This document shows positions 19,301-28,660 of a stretch of 64,000 nucleotides of DNA, piece by piece (position 1 is the stretch's first letter; the number at the start of each line of letters is the position of its first letter). Under the pieces are notes generated by a model. It searched no databases and was not told where the DNA came from. It worked only from the letters and a program-made list of their open reading frames with translations. Origin of the DNA: a virus; the IMG/VR virus record IMGVR_UViG_3300042332_000818, positions 1 through 64,000 of that record; one strand, given 5' to 3'. Made by a program: the position numbers and the translations under genes.

Positions 19301-20515
19301 TGGGGTGCAGGGAATCCATCACACATGTATTCTTGTGATTCTGTAAGAATACGTTCCAGTGAGGGTGCTTTAAGAGCCAATATATATTATGATAATAACG
19401 ATACTGGATTTTATTTAGACCCGAACGGAACTTCAAACCTAAATAAGTTTAGTGATAGAACTATGGGATTCAACGGTATGAATCCTATGTCTGCAAATTC
19501 TCCATACGCTGCTAGATATAATGCAAGTGTTAACTATCGCACTGGAAGTATGGGGAATGGCACTGTTGACCTTGGTTCTATTGGGTCAAATTGGGGTTCT
19601 GGATTTATTGATTCGTGGAGTTCGCCTGGTCAACAACCAAACAGCTCCACTTCTCACTGGGTTGGATTGCAGAGTATACACTATGGGCACCAGGATGGCA
19701 CGAATTTTTACGGATTTCAGATGGTGTCTGGCGCAGACACAAATAGATTTTATCTAAGAGCGGCCTGGCCAACTCCGCTATCTTGGAGAGAAATTATCAC
19801 GTCCGGAAACATCGCATCACAATCAGTAAACTATGCCACTTCTGCTGGTAGTGCAACTAGCTCTACAAGTGCTTCTTATGCATCTGGACTTAGCCGTTAT
19901 GGTATTATTTACGGTAATGACTGGAATACTTACAATGTAAACGGCCAGTTTATTGTAATGTCTGCTCATGGTCACAGTGGCTCTAATAGACCTTCCGGTG
20001 CATATACCTACGGTTCTGGCATGAGCTACTACAATGCTGGATCGGATCACTATCAGTTTTATATTCCTGAAAACTCTGGAAACAGTAATGGTAATAGCCA
20101 AAAAATACACTATCGTTCTGGTTGGAATAATAGCTGGAGTGGTTGGAGAACATTAATTGATCTTTACAATAGTGTTTGTTATGTTGATGGTGCCATTACT
20201 GCAAGTGGAGATATTACAGCATTTTCTGATGCAAGAGTAAAAGAAAATGTAGAAACTTTAGAGGGAGCTCTTGATAAGACACTGAAGCTTCGTGGTGTAT
20301 CTTATACTCGTACAGATATTGAGGATAAGTCTACTAAGATTGGTGTTATTGCACAAGAGATTCTTGAGGTAGTTCCAGAAGTTGTTAGTCAAGATGAGAA
20401 TGGAATGTATGCTGTTTCATATGGAAACATTACAGCTCTTCTTATTGAGGCTATCAAAGAACAGCAAAAGCAGATTGATGAACTTAAAGAGATAATCAAT
20501 GGCCTTACAAAGTAG
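16334..20515 (+). CDS. Tail fibre with C-terminal S74 intramolecular chaperone
   Basis: 1393 aa. Repeated (F/Y/L)YD....YYLDP units and C-terminal FSDARVKENV...IGVIAQE...LLIEAIKEQQ. Confidence 0.9.
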   Translation: MANLISTSISGTLSVSGNGSFFAGETSQLSIENQSTFTRFAFNKLTFYDWNNGYDVLIIDGGYVESPTSFRAPIFYDSQNTGYYLDPNSTSNLNTAYAAAFYGSDVYTTGGWFRNHTNNNGIYWQGTGWHLMPENSADFRIHSGNNSESALRMETNGTTRGYVYANSSNEIGFLNQGRSWRLRAYSGGAVESYGDFRAPIFYDSQDTTYYLDPNSTTALRTVGSWRSDSAAWDGEFAGKIQYHSNNWYFQASSNWFFRNSGGSNVVSIDSGGNISANGFVGNNSAQTRDKLRVWDGSPYTIGMKSGYDYGHLGNDEYAMSFQMNDSSGRGFWWGDDAHNDNQGAASLTTDGRMTIARSLSVGEGEAVVSPSSTPLYVKGSTSGADVVGVDGVNGRLFTVTDDLSGSLFSVNTIAGLPVIEAFADNTVTIGKYGYATTWSTTGFVTVPNSANIYRDLFINGGRGGDFGNRLIIGTDAATYTLQDSNQRPTAYLHGAYPVLTLNHTVTSNGSHGPTIQFTHNTADKQWVIGTNGTGTRLDIGYSTNTNRNPHNGIDDNSGSTFLRVDNGGNIQLGRGNGRSTWVNDILYVGASDSGDSHMYFGEDSSGWYGLHWYWDSGHTVYLYGRNAGTDTEIMRYTTNSNSYVEWRRHFNMNNYEINYLNQIHFNDNVWFTDDGNNRYLIYKWGNSTEGGIKFVDGDNALQGYVYGSGTGSFGLLDGGGNWKVRVDTSDVEMYGTQYLTNVYAYILYDRSDSSYYLDPASYSRIWRTSTHWAPSPGVGSSNWVNDFNATPVSSMSFGGDLSAGGPQGSWWFQQNMRHSNTSNYWGTQIAWGWEDNANELWQRNVQGGSWSSWVRYINTNNYAGILDARYYTETEVNNLLSSYATTASLSGYVSTTNNSSLNSDSRNTRGVTRLYRRDDNSDFSVQTYWTGTYWKLEGYNGDSYHAGVSVAHAGLADSATNANYANSAGSASTVTHYSGRTDTDWYNAVWGAGNPSHMYSCDSVRIRSSEGALRANIYYDNNDTGFYLDPNGTSNLNKFSDRTMGFNGMNPMSANSPYAARYNASVNYRTGSMGNGTVDLGSIGSNWGSGFIDSWSSPGQQPNSSTSHWVGLQSIHYGHQDGTNFYGFQMVSGADTNRFYLRAAWPTPLSWREIITSGNIASQSVNYATSAGSATSSTSASYASGLSRYGIIYGNDWNTYNVNGQFIVMSAHGHSGSNRPSGAYTYGSGMSYYNAGSDHYQFYIPENSGNSNGNSQKIHYRSGWNNSWSGWRTLIDLYNSVCYVDGAITASGDITAFSDARVKENVETLEGALDKTLKLRGVSYTRTDIEDKSTKIGVIAQEILEVVPEVVSQDENGMYAVSYGNITALLIEAIKEQQKQIDELKEIINGLTK

Positions 20516-21566
20516 TGGACAGCTTATTAGAATGAGTCAGATTAATACAGAGTTGGGGCGGTCTAGTACTGCCACTATCTCTTTGGATACTGCTGAAAAT
20601 GGTGGATATGGTACAATTAATACTTGTGCATCTCCTTATCCATTAGCAGCAAACTCAGCATCTATGTCTGAGTGGTATGGATATAATCACTCTGCATCTT
20701 GTGGTAATTCTAGTTATGCTATGTCTGATGGAGGAACAGCTACTTCTCAGGGTATGCTTTATTCGGATAGTATATCATATAGTGGTACTGTAAGTACTTC
20801 AAGACCAAGTCCTGTCAGTGAATTCACTATTAGTTTTTGGCTTAAAAGAGCAACTGGTGATTCTTCCGTAGGATATCTTTTTGGGCTTGATGGTGGAACT
20901 ACTAATGATAGTTTAATTATGTATTGGGATAGTACTGAAGATCCTAATGATCCAGGAGTATATGCTAATAGAATAGTCCTCTCTTTTAATGATGATGGTG
21001 GAGGCTCTATGCAATCAATAGTTAATTTAAGTGATACAAATAATTCTGCATCAACAGGTGTAAGTCCAACTTTTTGGGATAATAATAATCAAGGTAATGT
21101 TGAGCCACATGGGTATTCTTTAATTACAGTTGTTATTTATTATCCGGCTTGGGCTACTAATGATTATATTAAATGGTATTGGAATGATGTCCAGCTTGAC
21201 GTTCCTTGGAATGCTGGAGCTGTTGGTTTTCAAGACTCGTACACTGTTGGAGATAGTATAACAACTCCAGACTGGACTAATTCAGTATTATATATTGGTG
21301 GAAGTGTACCAACAGAGCTTTCTTCTGGTTGTCAGTTGGATAGTTATGCGGTATATCCCGCTACTAGACTTTTGGATTCTGATGTCTCTACTCTTTACAA
21401 TGGTGGATCTGTTGCTACCCTTACGGATTATCAGACTATTGGAGCTTTGCTATACTATAATTTTGAAAGTGCTTCACCAAGTATTGGTGAGGATACTGGA
21501 GCTAGTTATGGTATGTTCTTAGATGAATTTAGTAGTCCGACACGTATTGCTGATCCAGCTGTATAA
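20499..21566 (+). CDS. Fibre-tip adhesin-like protein with LamG/ConA-like domain
   Basis: MALQSSG..I.MSQINTELG...MSEWYG N-terminus typical of fibre-capping proteins. FTISFWLK, LYIGG and V..LYN.G LamG motifs. Confidence 0.7.
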   Translation: MALQSSGQLIRMSQINTELGRSSTATISLDTAENGGYGTINTCASPYPLAANSASMSEWYGYNHSASCGNSSYAMSDGGTATSQGMLYSDSISYSGTVSTSRPSPVSEFTISFWLKRATGDSSVGYLFGLDGGTTNDSLIMYWDSTEDPNDPGVYANRIVLSFNDDGGGSMQSIVNLSDTNNSASTGVSPTFWDNNNQGNVEPHGYSLITVVIYYPAWATNDYIKWYWNDVQLDVPWNAGAVGFQDSYTVGDSITTPDWTNSVLYIGGSVPTELSSGCQLDSYAVYPATRLLDSDVSTLYNGGSVATLTDYQTIGALLYYNFESASPSIGEDTGASYGMFLDEFSSPTRIADPAV

Positions 21567-21578
21567 TAACTAAACGCT

Positions 21579-21791
21579 ATGAAAATAGAAGAATCAACAA
21601 TTGATGGTATAACAATCTATACTAAGATTTACGAAGAATCTGATTTTGCTACAGAGCAACAAAAAGAAACTTGGAAGTCTGTGTGTAATACCTGTGAGTT
21701 TAAGAATAACGATTCTTGCAGAAATTGTGGTTGTTTGTTTGAGTCATTAATGAATTTAGCAGAAGCTAAATGCCCAATTGATAAGTGGTAA
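21579..21791 (+). CDS. Small Cys-rich protein (DUF6171-like)
   Basis: CxxC...CxxCGC...CPxxKW pattern. Confidence 0.6.
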   Translation: MKIEESTIDGITIYTKIYEESDFATEQQKETWKSVCNTCEFKNNDSCRNCGCLFESLMNLAEAKCPIDKW

Positions 21792-21794
21792 GTT

Positions 21795-22340
21795 ATGGGA
21801 CTTGTATACGGAGCTATAACAAATAAGATCACGTCTGCTGATATTAATAGTATTACACTTACTAGTGCTACTATTGATACAGCAAATACTGGAAATATTG
21901 GTCCTAGTGGTGAATGGCAGATTAAAGTAAATCATACCAACTGTGGTTGTGATCTTACTCAAGTAGATATTCAGTTAAAGGATAATATTAACTGGACCTA
22001 TATAACTTTTGAGATGGATACTACCGGTGGAGCAGCTTGTTGGGGATGGAATAATGGATCTTATAGTTCTTCAGGAAACCTTTATAGTTATAATGAAGGT
22101 CAAGGAGATAGAATCTTTGAAAGCATAAATAGTTGGGAACTTCCTCAGTTTCAATCACATGATCGAACAGTAGCTTGTGATAATGATTCAAATAACTTTA
22201 TGCGTTATAATGAGAACGGTCCTAGAGTGTTTGCAATGAAAAGAAGAAGAAATGTTAATGGTTCATTAGCAGCTATTAGTTTTGGTAGAGCTTGTAACTG
22301 TAACGGTACAACAATAGTTAGAAATATTAGAATCTGGTAA
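21795..22340 (+). CDS. Hypothetical beta-rich virion-associated protein
   Basis: 181-aa ORF tightly packed in the receptor-binding block. Confidence 0.6.
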   Translation: MGLVYGAITNKITSADINSITLTSATIDTANTGNIGPSGEWQIKVNHTNCGCDLTQVDIQLKDNINWTYITFEMDTTGGAACWGWNNGSYSSSGNLYSYNEGQGDRIFESINSWELPQFQSHDRTVACDNDSNNFMRYNENGPRVFAMKRRRNVNGSLAAISFGRACNCNGTTIVRNIRIW

Positions 22341-22341
22341 T

Positions 22342-23934
22342 ATGCCCACATACGTAGGACCTAATGGTAGTGATCTTGGACTGGTCTTTGGTTTTGATAC
22401 CGGAGATACCAGAAACTCTTATTTGGGTGAACCCACAACCAATCTTCTTCCAAACCCTCCTATAAATGCACTGCCTACTTTTGGAAACGGTTGGGCAACT
22501 TACAATACTAATCAGTATTGTGGAAATAATGGATGTGCGGTATACTGGACTATTCCAGCAATTGCCTCTGTATCTAATAATATAGTTACCACCGTAAGTG
22601 CTCATCAGATTAGATCGTTTGATGTTATTAATCCGCAAACAACTGGTGGAGGTGTAACTGCGGGTACAAACTATGTAGCTAAGAAGATTTCAGATACTCA
22701 GTTTTCTCTTCATGCTTATAACAGTTCACAGGATGGTAGTCAGGGGTATATTAATCCAGCAACTAATGGCTTTAAAGTACATGATAGTTACTGGCTTGAT
22801 GAAAGAGTTTCAATTAATGCAAGTGGATTTCCTACTAATTGGTGGGGATCTCCACACTTACCAAACTCTGCTATTGTAAAAGAAATTATTCCTGATGGAT
22901 TTGATGTAAATAGAGCACAGCCTACAGACTGTATTAGACTTCACTGGTTTAGATCAGATGCTACAGACGGAATGGCTTATGGTGCAGACGCTCCTGTAAC
23001 TATTGGACAACCCGTTACAACTTCGTTTTATGTAAGGGCAGCTTCCGCTAGTGCTGTTGGACAATATATTGCGTTTCAGCATTACAATTATCAAGGTCCT
23101 GCAGGAGCTAGTGGATTTTATATGAATGCGTATACGGGTGCACTTGGAGAATGGGTAAGACGCAGCTTTACTTTTACACCAACTCACAACTATCTTATTT
23201 CATACTGGTTTCCTTCTTCTGCAAACATGAAAATAGATGTGGCAAATATTCAAATAGAGCATAAACCACATGCTACATCGTTTACTACAAGTTCAAGATC
23301 TGCTACAAACTCACTTAAAGATCTTACTGGTAACCAAACTATAGATCTTAATACTGTATCATTTAATAGTTCTGGTGCATTAGTATTTGATGGTACTGAT
23401 GATAGAATAGATCTTGGAAGTCTTAGTAATTACTTTGTTCCTGGAGTTGCTGCTATAACTGTAGAGTCTGTATTTAAAATTCCGGTTGGTGCTAGTAGTA
23501 GTCCCGGACCTCTTTTTGAAAATTATAGGTTCAATCTTTGGTATCAATATTCAAATGATAAAATATATTTTGCTGTAAGAACTGGAGCACCTGAGACAGC
23601 AGGATATCAGATGGCAGTAGAAATGGAATCTACTATTGCTTGTAGTGCAAAAGGTAATTTTAATTATGTAGTTGCTGTGTATGAAACCACAGGACCTGCT
23701 CAGGGTAGATTAAAACTTTACATTAATGGACAGTTTGCCGGACAAGCAGATGGTCTTAAAATTGGATCATATCCTTTATTTGGTACTTGGATTGGTCAAA
23801 GCAATCATGGTGGTTATGGTGTATATAAACTTATTGGTGAAGTTGCTTTAACTAAAATGTATACAAGAGCTCTACAGCAATCTGAAGTAGAAAATAATTA
23901 TAGAAATTTAAAAGGAAGATTTAACTTAGCATAA
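22342..23934 (+). CDS. LamG/ConA-like lectin domain protein
   Basis: GLVFGFD...SY, DLTGN, FDGTDD, LKLYING and YTRAL...EV..NY motifs. Confidence 0.8.
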   Translation: MPTYVGPNGSDLGLVFGFDTGDTRNSYLGEPTTNLLPNPPINALPTFGNGWATYNTNQYCGNNGCAVYWTIPAIASVSNNIVTTVSAHQIRSFDVINPQTTGGGVTAGTNYVAKKISDTQFSLHAYNSSQDGSQGYINPATNGFKVHDSYWLDERVSINASGFPTNWWGSPHLPNSAIVKEIIPDGFDVNRAQPTDCIRLHWFRSDATDGMAYGADAPVTIGQPVTTSFYVRAASASAVGQYIAFQHYNYQGPAGASGFYMNAYTGALGEWVRRSFTFTPTHNYLISYWFPSSANMKIDVANIQIEHKPHATSFTTSSRSATNSLKDLTGNQTIDLNTVSFNSSGALVFDGTDDRIDLGSLSNYFVPGVAAITVESVFKIPVGASSSPGPLFENYRFNLWYQYSNDKIYFAVRTGAPETAGYQMAVEMESTIACSAKGNFNYVVAVYETTGPAQGRLKLYINGQFAGQADGLKIGSYPLFGTWIGQSNHGGYGVYKLIGEVALTKMYTRALQQSEVENNYRNLKGRFNLA

Positions 23935-23935
23935 T

Positions 23936-25210
23936 ATGGGAGTAGCACAAGGATATGGTAAGATTGTCACCTCTGGGTTAGTATTTGCATACGATGCTGG
24001 TGATTATAGGAATTCCTATTTAGGTGCTCCTGGTCAGAACTATGCGGGTGGTCCATATAAAAATTATACGGGTCTTAATATTACTAACTTTGAAAATGGT
24101 AAAGTATTAAGAGCAAATGGGTATAGTGAGCAAGCGTTTATCCCAACACTAGGCATTAGAACCGTAGAGTCAATTGAGTTTTATAATGAGTATGATGGTT
24201 ATGGTACAAATGGTAACTATAACTGTTGTCCTAATATTTACTCTTATACAACTGGAGGCTGGGGAGCTTTTCCTTGGCTACCTGCTACAACATATACATA
24301 CCAGATAATTTATAAAAGTGAAACAGGGTATACTCACCCTAATTATATGTATCACTATCAGTATAGAGCTAATGGAAGTTATATAACTGAATATGGATTA
24401 CATAGTGATGGTCAAAGAACACATCTTGGTGATGGTTGGTACCATGCTTGGAATACATTTACAACCAGCGCAGAAGCAAGTTATGGATATTGTGGAATGT
24501 GGCACTATGAGTACTATGGAAAAAATAAAGTGTCTGTTGCCGCAGTAAGCATTGTACCTGGAACTATTATTAGACCACCTCTTCAATTTATTAATGAAGA
24601 TACAACAAGATCTTCAACACAAGCATTAATGGATCTTACGGGTAATGCAACACTAGATGTTTCTAGTGTATCTTTTGATTCTGGTGGTGTAATAACTTTT
24701 GATGGTACAGATGACTATATTGATGTACCTGCTGCAAGCTGGAATATACTTACAACACATACCTTAGAGGCAGTTTTTAAACCAACCGGTACTCCATCTG
24801 GTGGATTTCATGTGCTTTTTCAAAAAGAGGGTGGATATAGTGGAGGAGCTGTTTATGGTTTGCGAGCAAATGACTTAGGACAGCTTTTTGCAATGATTTG
24901 CTATGATAATCAAGCAGCAAGTCAAAATACACTAGGTTCTGCAATTAGTATAACAAACGGGACTTGGTATCATGTAGTTGCTACATTTGATAGCTCTTAT
25001 AGTTGGAAACTTTATGTAAACGGAGAGCTACACAATAGCACCACTTTAACAGGTAATCCTTATCAAAATTCATCAGCAATAACGATAGGTCAAGGTGATG
25101 GTCGCAAAACAAACGGTCAGCTGCCTGTAATGAAAATTTATAACAGAGCCCTTACTTCTACGGAAGTATCACAAAATTTCAATCATTATAAATCTAGATA
25201 TAACTTATGA
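23936..25210 (+). CDS. LamG/ConA-like lectin domain protein (paralog of the previous gene)
   Basis: IVTSGLVFAYDAG, FDGTDDYI, WYHVVATFD, LYVNG and IYNRALT..EV.QNF motifs. Confidence 0.85.
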   Translation: MGVAQGYGKIVTSGLVFAYDAGDYRNSYLGAPGQNYAGGPYKNYTGLNITNFENGKVLRANGYSEQAFIPTLGIRTVESIEFYNEYDGYGTNGNYNCCPNIYSYTTGGWGAFPWLPATTYTYQIIYKSETGYTHPNYMYHYQYRANGSYITEYGLHSDGQRTHLGDGWYHAWNTFTTSAEASYGYCGMWHYEYYGKNKVSVAAVSIVPGTIIRPPLQFINEDTTRSSTQALMDLTGNATLDVSSVSFDSGGVITFDGTDDYIDVPAASWNILTTHTLEAVFKPTGTPSGGFHVLFQKEGGYSGGAVYGLRANDLGQLFAMICYDNQAASQNTLGSAISITNGTWYHVVATFDSSYSWKLYVNGELHNSTTLTGNPYQNSSAITIGQGDGRKTNGQLPVMKIYNRALTSTEVSQNFNHYKSRYNL

Positions 25211-25545
25211 GCAACTTTCCTAATAGACGCTGGTTGGTAATACCTGCATCACAAGTAGAAAATGTAGACTTTAGTCAAGTACTAGAAGGCTCTGCAGAAT
25301 CTCTTAGATATAGTATTGATAATTCTAAAACGTTTATCAAGTATGAAATCTATGAACTACTAGAAGATGACACAAAGGTTATTGTAAATCCCGAAACAGG
25401 AGAAACAGAAACTATTACAATTCCAGCAGGAGTATATGGTAGACCTAGTATTTACCAAGAAGGCATGATAGAATATAATCATGCTGAGATTTTAGAACTA
25501 CTTGCAACTGAAGAGTGGACTAACCCTATAAAAGAGAACTTGTAA
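25207..25545 (+). CDS. Hypothetical protein (possible fibre-associated chaperone)
   Basis: 112 aa with VDFSQVLE.S.ESLRYS.D..KTFIKY and EIL..L.TEEWT motifs; overlaps the upstream stop (ATGA). Confidence 0.6.
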   Translation: MSNFPNRRWLVIPASQVENVDFSQVLEGSAESLRYSIDNSKTFIKYEIYELLEDDTKVIVNPETGETETITIPAGVYGRPSIYQEGMIEYNHAEILELLATEEWTNPIKENL

Positions 25546-25572
25546 GAAATTCTAATATTTTGTATATTAGTA
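25539..25572 (+). promoter_or_regulatory. Bacteroidetes-like promoter
   Basis: CTTG, 20-nt spacer, TATATTA. Confidence 0.45.
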
Positions 25573-25606
25573 CTGTAATTACAATAACATTTAAAACGTT
25601 TTAATA

Positions 25607-25987
25607 ATGGCTGTTACTGCAACCGTAGATAAATTCGGAATGACCTTTTCCGGTGCTTATCACAAAATTACTCGTCTTACTTACGAGTCTACCGATCAAA
25701 AAAGTTTAGTTTATGCTCCTATTGGAGAGCCAACTACTGATGAAGATGGTAATATTGTACCACCAGTGCTGGTTCCACCTACAGAGACTTGGTTAAAGAA
25801 AAACTTCTGCAACTTTGAAGTAGCTACTTACGCTTCTGAAGAGACTCGTGAGAATCATGCAGAGCCTATCTACCGTACTCATTTTCATTTTGAAGCTACC
25901 CTTGATGCAGAAGCTGCTGACATTATTGTACAAGCATACTCTCATCTTAAGGCACAAGCTGGATACGAAGATGCAGTTGACTGCTAA
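25607..25987 (+). CDS. Tail fibre assembly-like protein
   Basis: 126 aa with AYHKI...QAY.HLK....YEDAVDC pattern common next to fibre genes. Confidence 0.6.
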   Translation: MAVTATVDKFGMTFSGAYHKITRLTYESTDQKSLVYAPIGEPTTDEDGNIVPPVLVPPTETWLKKNFCNFEVATYASEETRENHAEPIYRTHFHFEATLDAEAADIIVQAYSHLKAQAGYEDAVDC

Positions 25988-26010
25988 ATAAAACATTAAA
26001 ACCAAATATC

Positions 26011-26271
26011 ATGTTAAAGAAATTCTGGAATTGGATCCTGGGTAAAACAACTATTGACGATAAGATTATTGAAGCCGTAAAGGTTGTTGAAGAACGTGTA
26101 GAAAGAGTAAAAGAAGAAACTGCAGATCTTGTTCAAGCTGTTAAAGAAGTGAAAGAACAAGCTGTAGATGTTGCAGAGGCTGCTTCTGGTGCTGCTCGTC
26201 GTGGTAGAAAACCAGCTGCTAAGAAACCCGCTGCAAAGACTGCTACTCCTAAAGCAAAAGTTTCAAAATAA
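26011..26271 (+). CDS. Small protein with amphipathic N-terminus and K/A/P-rich basic tail
   Basis: MLKKFWNWILG..., coiled coil, RRGRKPAAKKPAAK tail. Confidence 0.65.
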   Translation: MLKKFWNWILGKTTIDDKIIEAVKVVEERVERVKEETADLVQAVKEVKEQAVDVAEAASGAARRGRKPAAKKPAAKTATPKAKVSK

Positions 26272-26309
26272 TCACTATATTTGTCTAAGTTAACTAATCT
26301 TTTTACCAT

Positions 26310-26609
26310 ATGGCTAATCAACTAGAACAAACAGAACTTGAGAAAGTACAAGGTCTGGTAACCACTGTGCGTAACGCAGAGGGTGAATTCTTCCGTGCAT
26401 CTGTACAGAAGCAAGAAATGGAGCAAGTTTGCTCTGATCTTCTTCAGACAATGCGTGATGCAAATGCTAATCTTCAAGCTGCTATGAATGAGCTTAAAGA
26501 GAAGTACGGTGACATCGTAGTAAACCTGCAAGACGGTACTTACGAAGATGCTCCTGCTAAAGAAGAGGCAGCTGCACAGCCTGAGATGACAGTAGTACGT
26601 CCGGAATAA
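26310..26609 (+). CDS. Small coiled-coil protein
   Basis: 99 aa with L.EKYG...VNL.DG motif; preceded by a canonical Bacteroidetes -7 box TATATTTG at 26276-26283. Confidence 0.65.
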   Translation: MANQLEQTELEKVQGLVTTVRNAEGEFFRASVQKQEMEQVCSDLLQTMRDANANLQAAMNELKEKYGDIVVNLQDGTYEDAPAKEEAAAQPEMTVVRPE

Positions 26610-26632
26610 TACGGATTTACTTTAAATATGAA

Positions 26633-26661
26633 TAAGCCCCAGAGATGGGGCTTTTTCTTTT
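26633..26661 (+). terminator. Intrinsic terminator
   Basis: AAGCCCCA-GAGA-TGGGGCTT hairpin followed by TTTCTTTT. Confidence 0.85.
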
Positions 26662-26711
26662 GTCTGAAATTTAGTATATTATAATGTACACCACTATAAT
26701 CTTGTTTCAGA

Positions 26712-27281
26712 ATGGCAACTATCATCCTTACATGGACCCCCACTAATAATGCTACGAGCACCGGACAACAAGTTCAGAGAAAAGTTGCCGGAACTACGAC
26801 ATGGATAACTCTTGCTACAGTTGGACCAGCAATCGCTACTTATACAGATACTACTGCTGTAGATAATATTCTGTATGATTACAGAATTCTTAATGTCTGT
26901 TCCGTTGGTGGTCCAACAGGATCTGGTGTAGTACAACAAAATTCAATTGTTTGTCCGACTATTACTGTCACAAACCCGCAGACGGGTGCAGCAAATACCT
27001 TAGTTGTAAGTTATCCCACTCTTACAGGTGCAATTTCTTATGACTCTATTGAGCTGTTTGCATCTAATGGTACAACTAGTGTACAAGGACCTTTTGATAT
27101 TTCTGCATCAGGTCAGGGTGCTGGTACCTATACCTTTACTTCTCTTGCTTATACAACTTCTTATGTTGTAAAGATTGGTGTGACTGATGGTGTATTTACA
27201 AAATTCTGTCCTGTTAATGCTTCTGTTGGATCTGCTCCTGATTGTGGTGCTCCGTTGAACCTTGTAGCAACACTTGGATAA
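26712..27281 (+). CDS. Fibronectin type III-like virion protein
   Basis: ILTWTP...YTDTT...YDYRI plus a second FN3-like unit (YTFTSLAYTTSYVVKI). Confidence 0.7.
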   Translation: MATIILTWTPTNNATSTGQQVQRKVAGTTTWITLATVGPAIATYTDTTAVDNILYDYRILNVCSVGGPTGSGVVQQNSIVCPTITVTNPQTGAANTLVVSYPTLTGAISYDSIELFASNGTTSVQGPFDISASGQGAGTYTFTSLAYTTSYVVKIGVTDGVFTKFCPVNASVGSAPDCGAPLNLVATLG

Positions 27282-27287
27282 TAAGTT

Positions 27288-27599
27288 ATGGCAACTATAA
27301 ACCTTAGCTGGACACCTGCTACTGGTGCTAATATAATTGAGCAAAGAATTTACAGAGGTATTACCTCTGGTTCTTTGTCATTACTTGCATCTGGTTTGTT
27401 GCCCACTACAAATACTTATTCTGATACTACCGTATTGGATAATACTACGTACTATTATAGAATAGATTCTATTTGTACTATTGGAGGACCAACTCCTAGT
27501 AATGTTGCAACTGTTACAACTCCAGCTCCTTGTGCACCTGCTTCTGGAGTATCTGCAACAAGTTTGTTTACAGTTGACTTTAATTATACTCTAACATAA
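27288..27599 (+). CDS. Fibronectin type III-like virion protein
   Basis: INLSWTP...YSDTTV....TYYYRI...SNVATVTT. Confidence 0.75.
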   Translation: MATINLSWTPATGANIIEQRIYRGITSGSLSLLASGLLPTTNTYSDTTVLDNTTYYYRIDSICTIGGPTPSNVATVTTPAPCAPASGVSATSLFTVDFNYTLT

Positions 27600-27608
27600 T
27601 AAATTAAT

Positions 27609-28616
27609 ATGTCCATATCATCTAAAATAACTATTCAATGGACACCAAGTCCTAATGCTTTGACTCAATCAGTTGAAAGAGCGTTAGTTTCAACAGGACC
27701 TTGGACAACTTTAGTTTCAGGTTTAGGGCCAACAGTAAATTCATATGATGATACTACAGTTGTTGATAATCCGCCAACATTATATTATTATAGAGTATTA
27801 ACATATTGTGATGCCGAAAGTGCTCCAACGCCCAGTGCAATAAAATTTGCGTATAGTAATAATTGTGCAACACCTACTAACCCTTATCCAGATGAAACTG
27901 TTTTCGGGTTATGGAGTACAAATGCTGGGCTTATAACAAGTTTTAACTATTATGATCATTATGCTGATATACGCGGTTTAACTGCACTTAAAACTGTAAC
28001 ATCACCTGCTGGAAAGATTAGGGTAGTTTGTCATAAGTGTGGTCAAACGGTCCAACCTGTTGGTGTTTTTGCTCAATATGGTGATGTTTCTTATTTAAGT
28101 AACCAAGGTAATATTGCTCAATATTTACCAGCAAGTCCTTCTGGGCTTGGTGGTATACAGTATAATAATAGAGGTAATGTAACTAGAAAAATTAGATTTG
28201 GTAATTCAATAATAGATAATATTGCTGCACATTTTGGTAATGGTTCAGGTAATATATTTAACCAAGTCGTTCTTAGTTCTGGAACTTATACTCTTAAAAA
28301 TCATACTCAGCTTAGATTAGGAAAATATATTTTTGGTACTACTACTGATCAGACTGCAGATTTAAATGCACTAAACTCAACAAATCTTTATGTTGCAGTT
28401 TCAATGTCTGATTATAAGTGTCATATATATATCTATCAAGCACAAAGGAATAGTAATCTTGATATTACTGCAGGTGGGCAGACAATGCTTGGATTTAATT
28501 TAAGCTATGTTTCCTTTGTTATTAATAATAATTATGCTGTATATAGTATTATTGATTCTCAAATACTTAATTTTAATGATCAGCCTAATGCAAATTTTAA
28601 ATTCTTTAATCTCTGA
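27609..28616 (+). CDS. FN3-like domain fused to an unknown AT-rich-coded domain
   Basis: ITIQWTP...SYDDTTV...YYYRV N-terminus; the remainder is not recognised. Confidence 0.65.
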   Translation: MSISSKITIQWTPSPNALTQSVERALVSTGPWTTLVSGLGPTVNSYDDTTVVDNPPTLYYYRVLTYCDAESAPTPSAIKFAYSNNCATPTNPYPDETVFGLWSTNAGLITSFNYYDHYADIRGLTALKTVTSPAGKIRVVCHKCGQTVQPVGVFAQYGDVSYLSNQGNIAQYLPASPSGLGGIQYNNRGNVTRKIRFGNSIIDNIAAHFGNGSGNIFNQVVLSSGTYTLKNHTQLRLGKYIFGTTTDQTADLNALNSTNLYVAVSMSDYKCHIYIYQAQRNSNLDITAGGQTMLGFNLSYVSFVINNNYAVYSIIDSQILNFNDQPNANFKFFNL

Positions 28617-28624
28617 GACTAACA

Positions 28625-28660
28625 TTTGAAATACTGGAAAGTATTTCGTATATTTTATTG
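28625..28660 (+). promoter_or_regulatory. Bacteroidetes-like promoter
   Basis: TTTG (28625-28628), 20-nt spacer, TATATTTT. Confidence 0.55.

Noticed and set aside
11416-25210. Diversity-generating retroelement targeting fibre or lectin genes
   Set aside because: No reverse transcriptase in the window and no near-identical repeat pair differing only at adenines was seen. Repeats are degenerate at synonymous positions. A template outside the window cannot be excluded.
26011-26271. Holin or spanin
   Set aside because: No full transmembrane segment or lipobox, and no adjacent endolysin.
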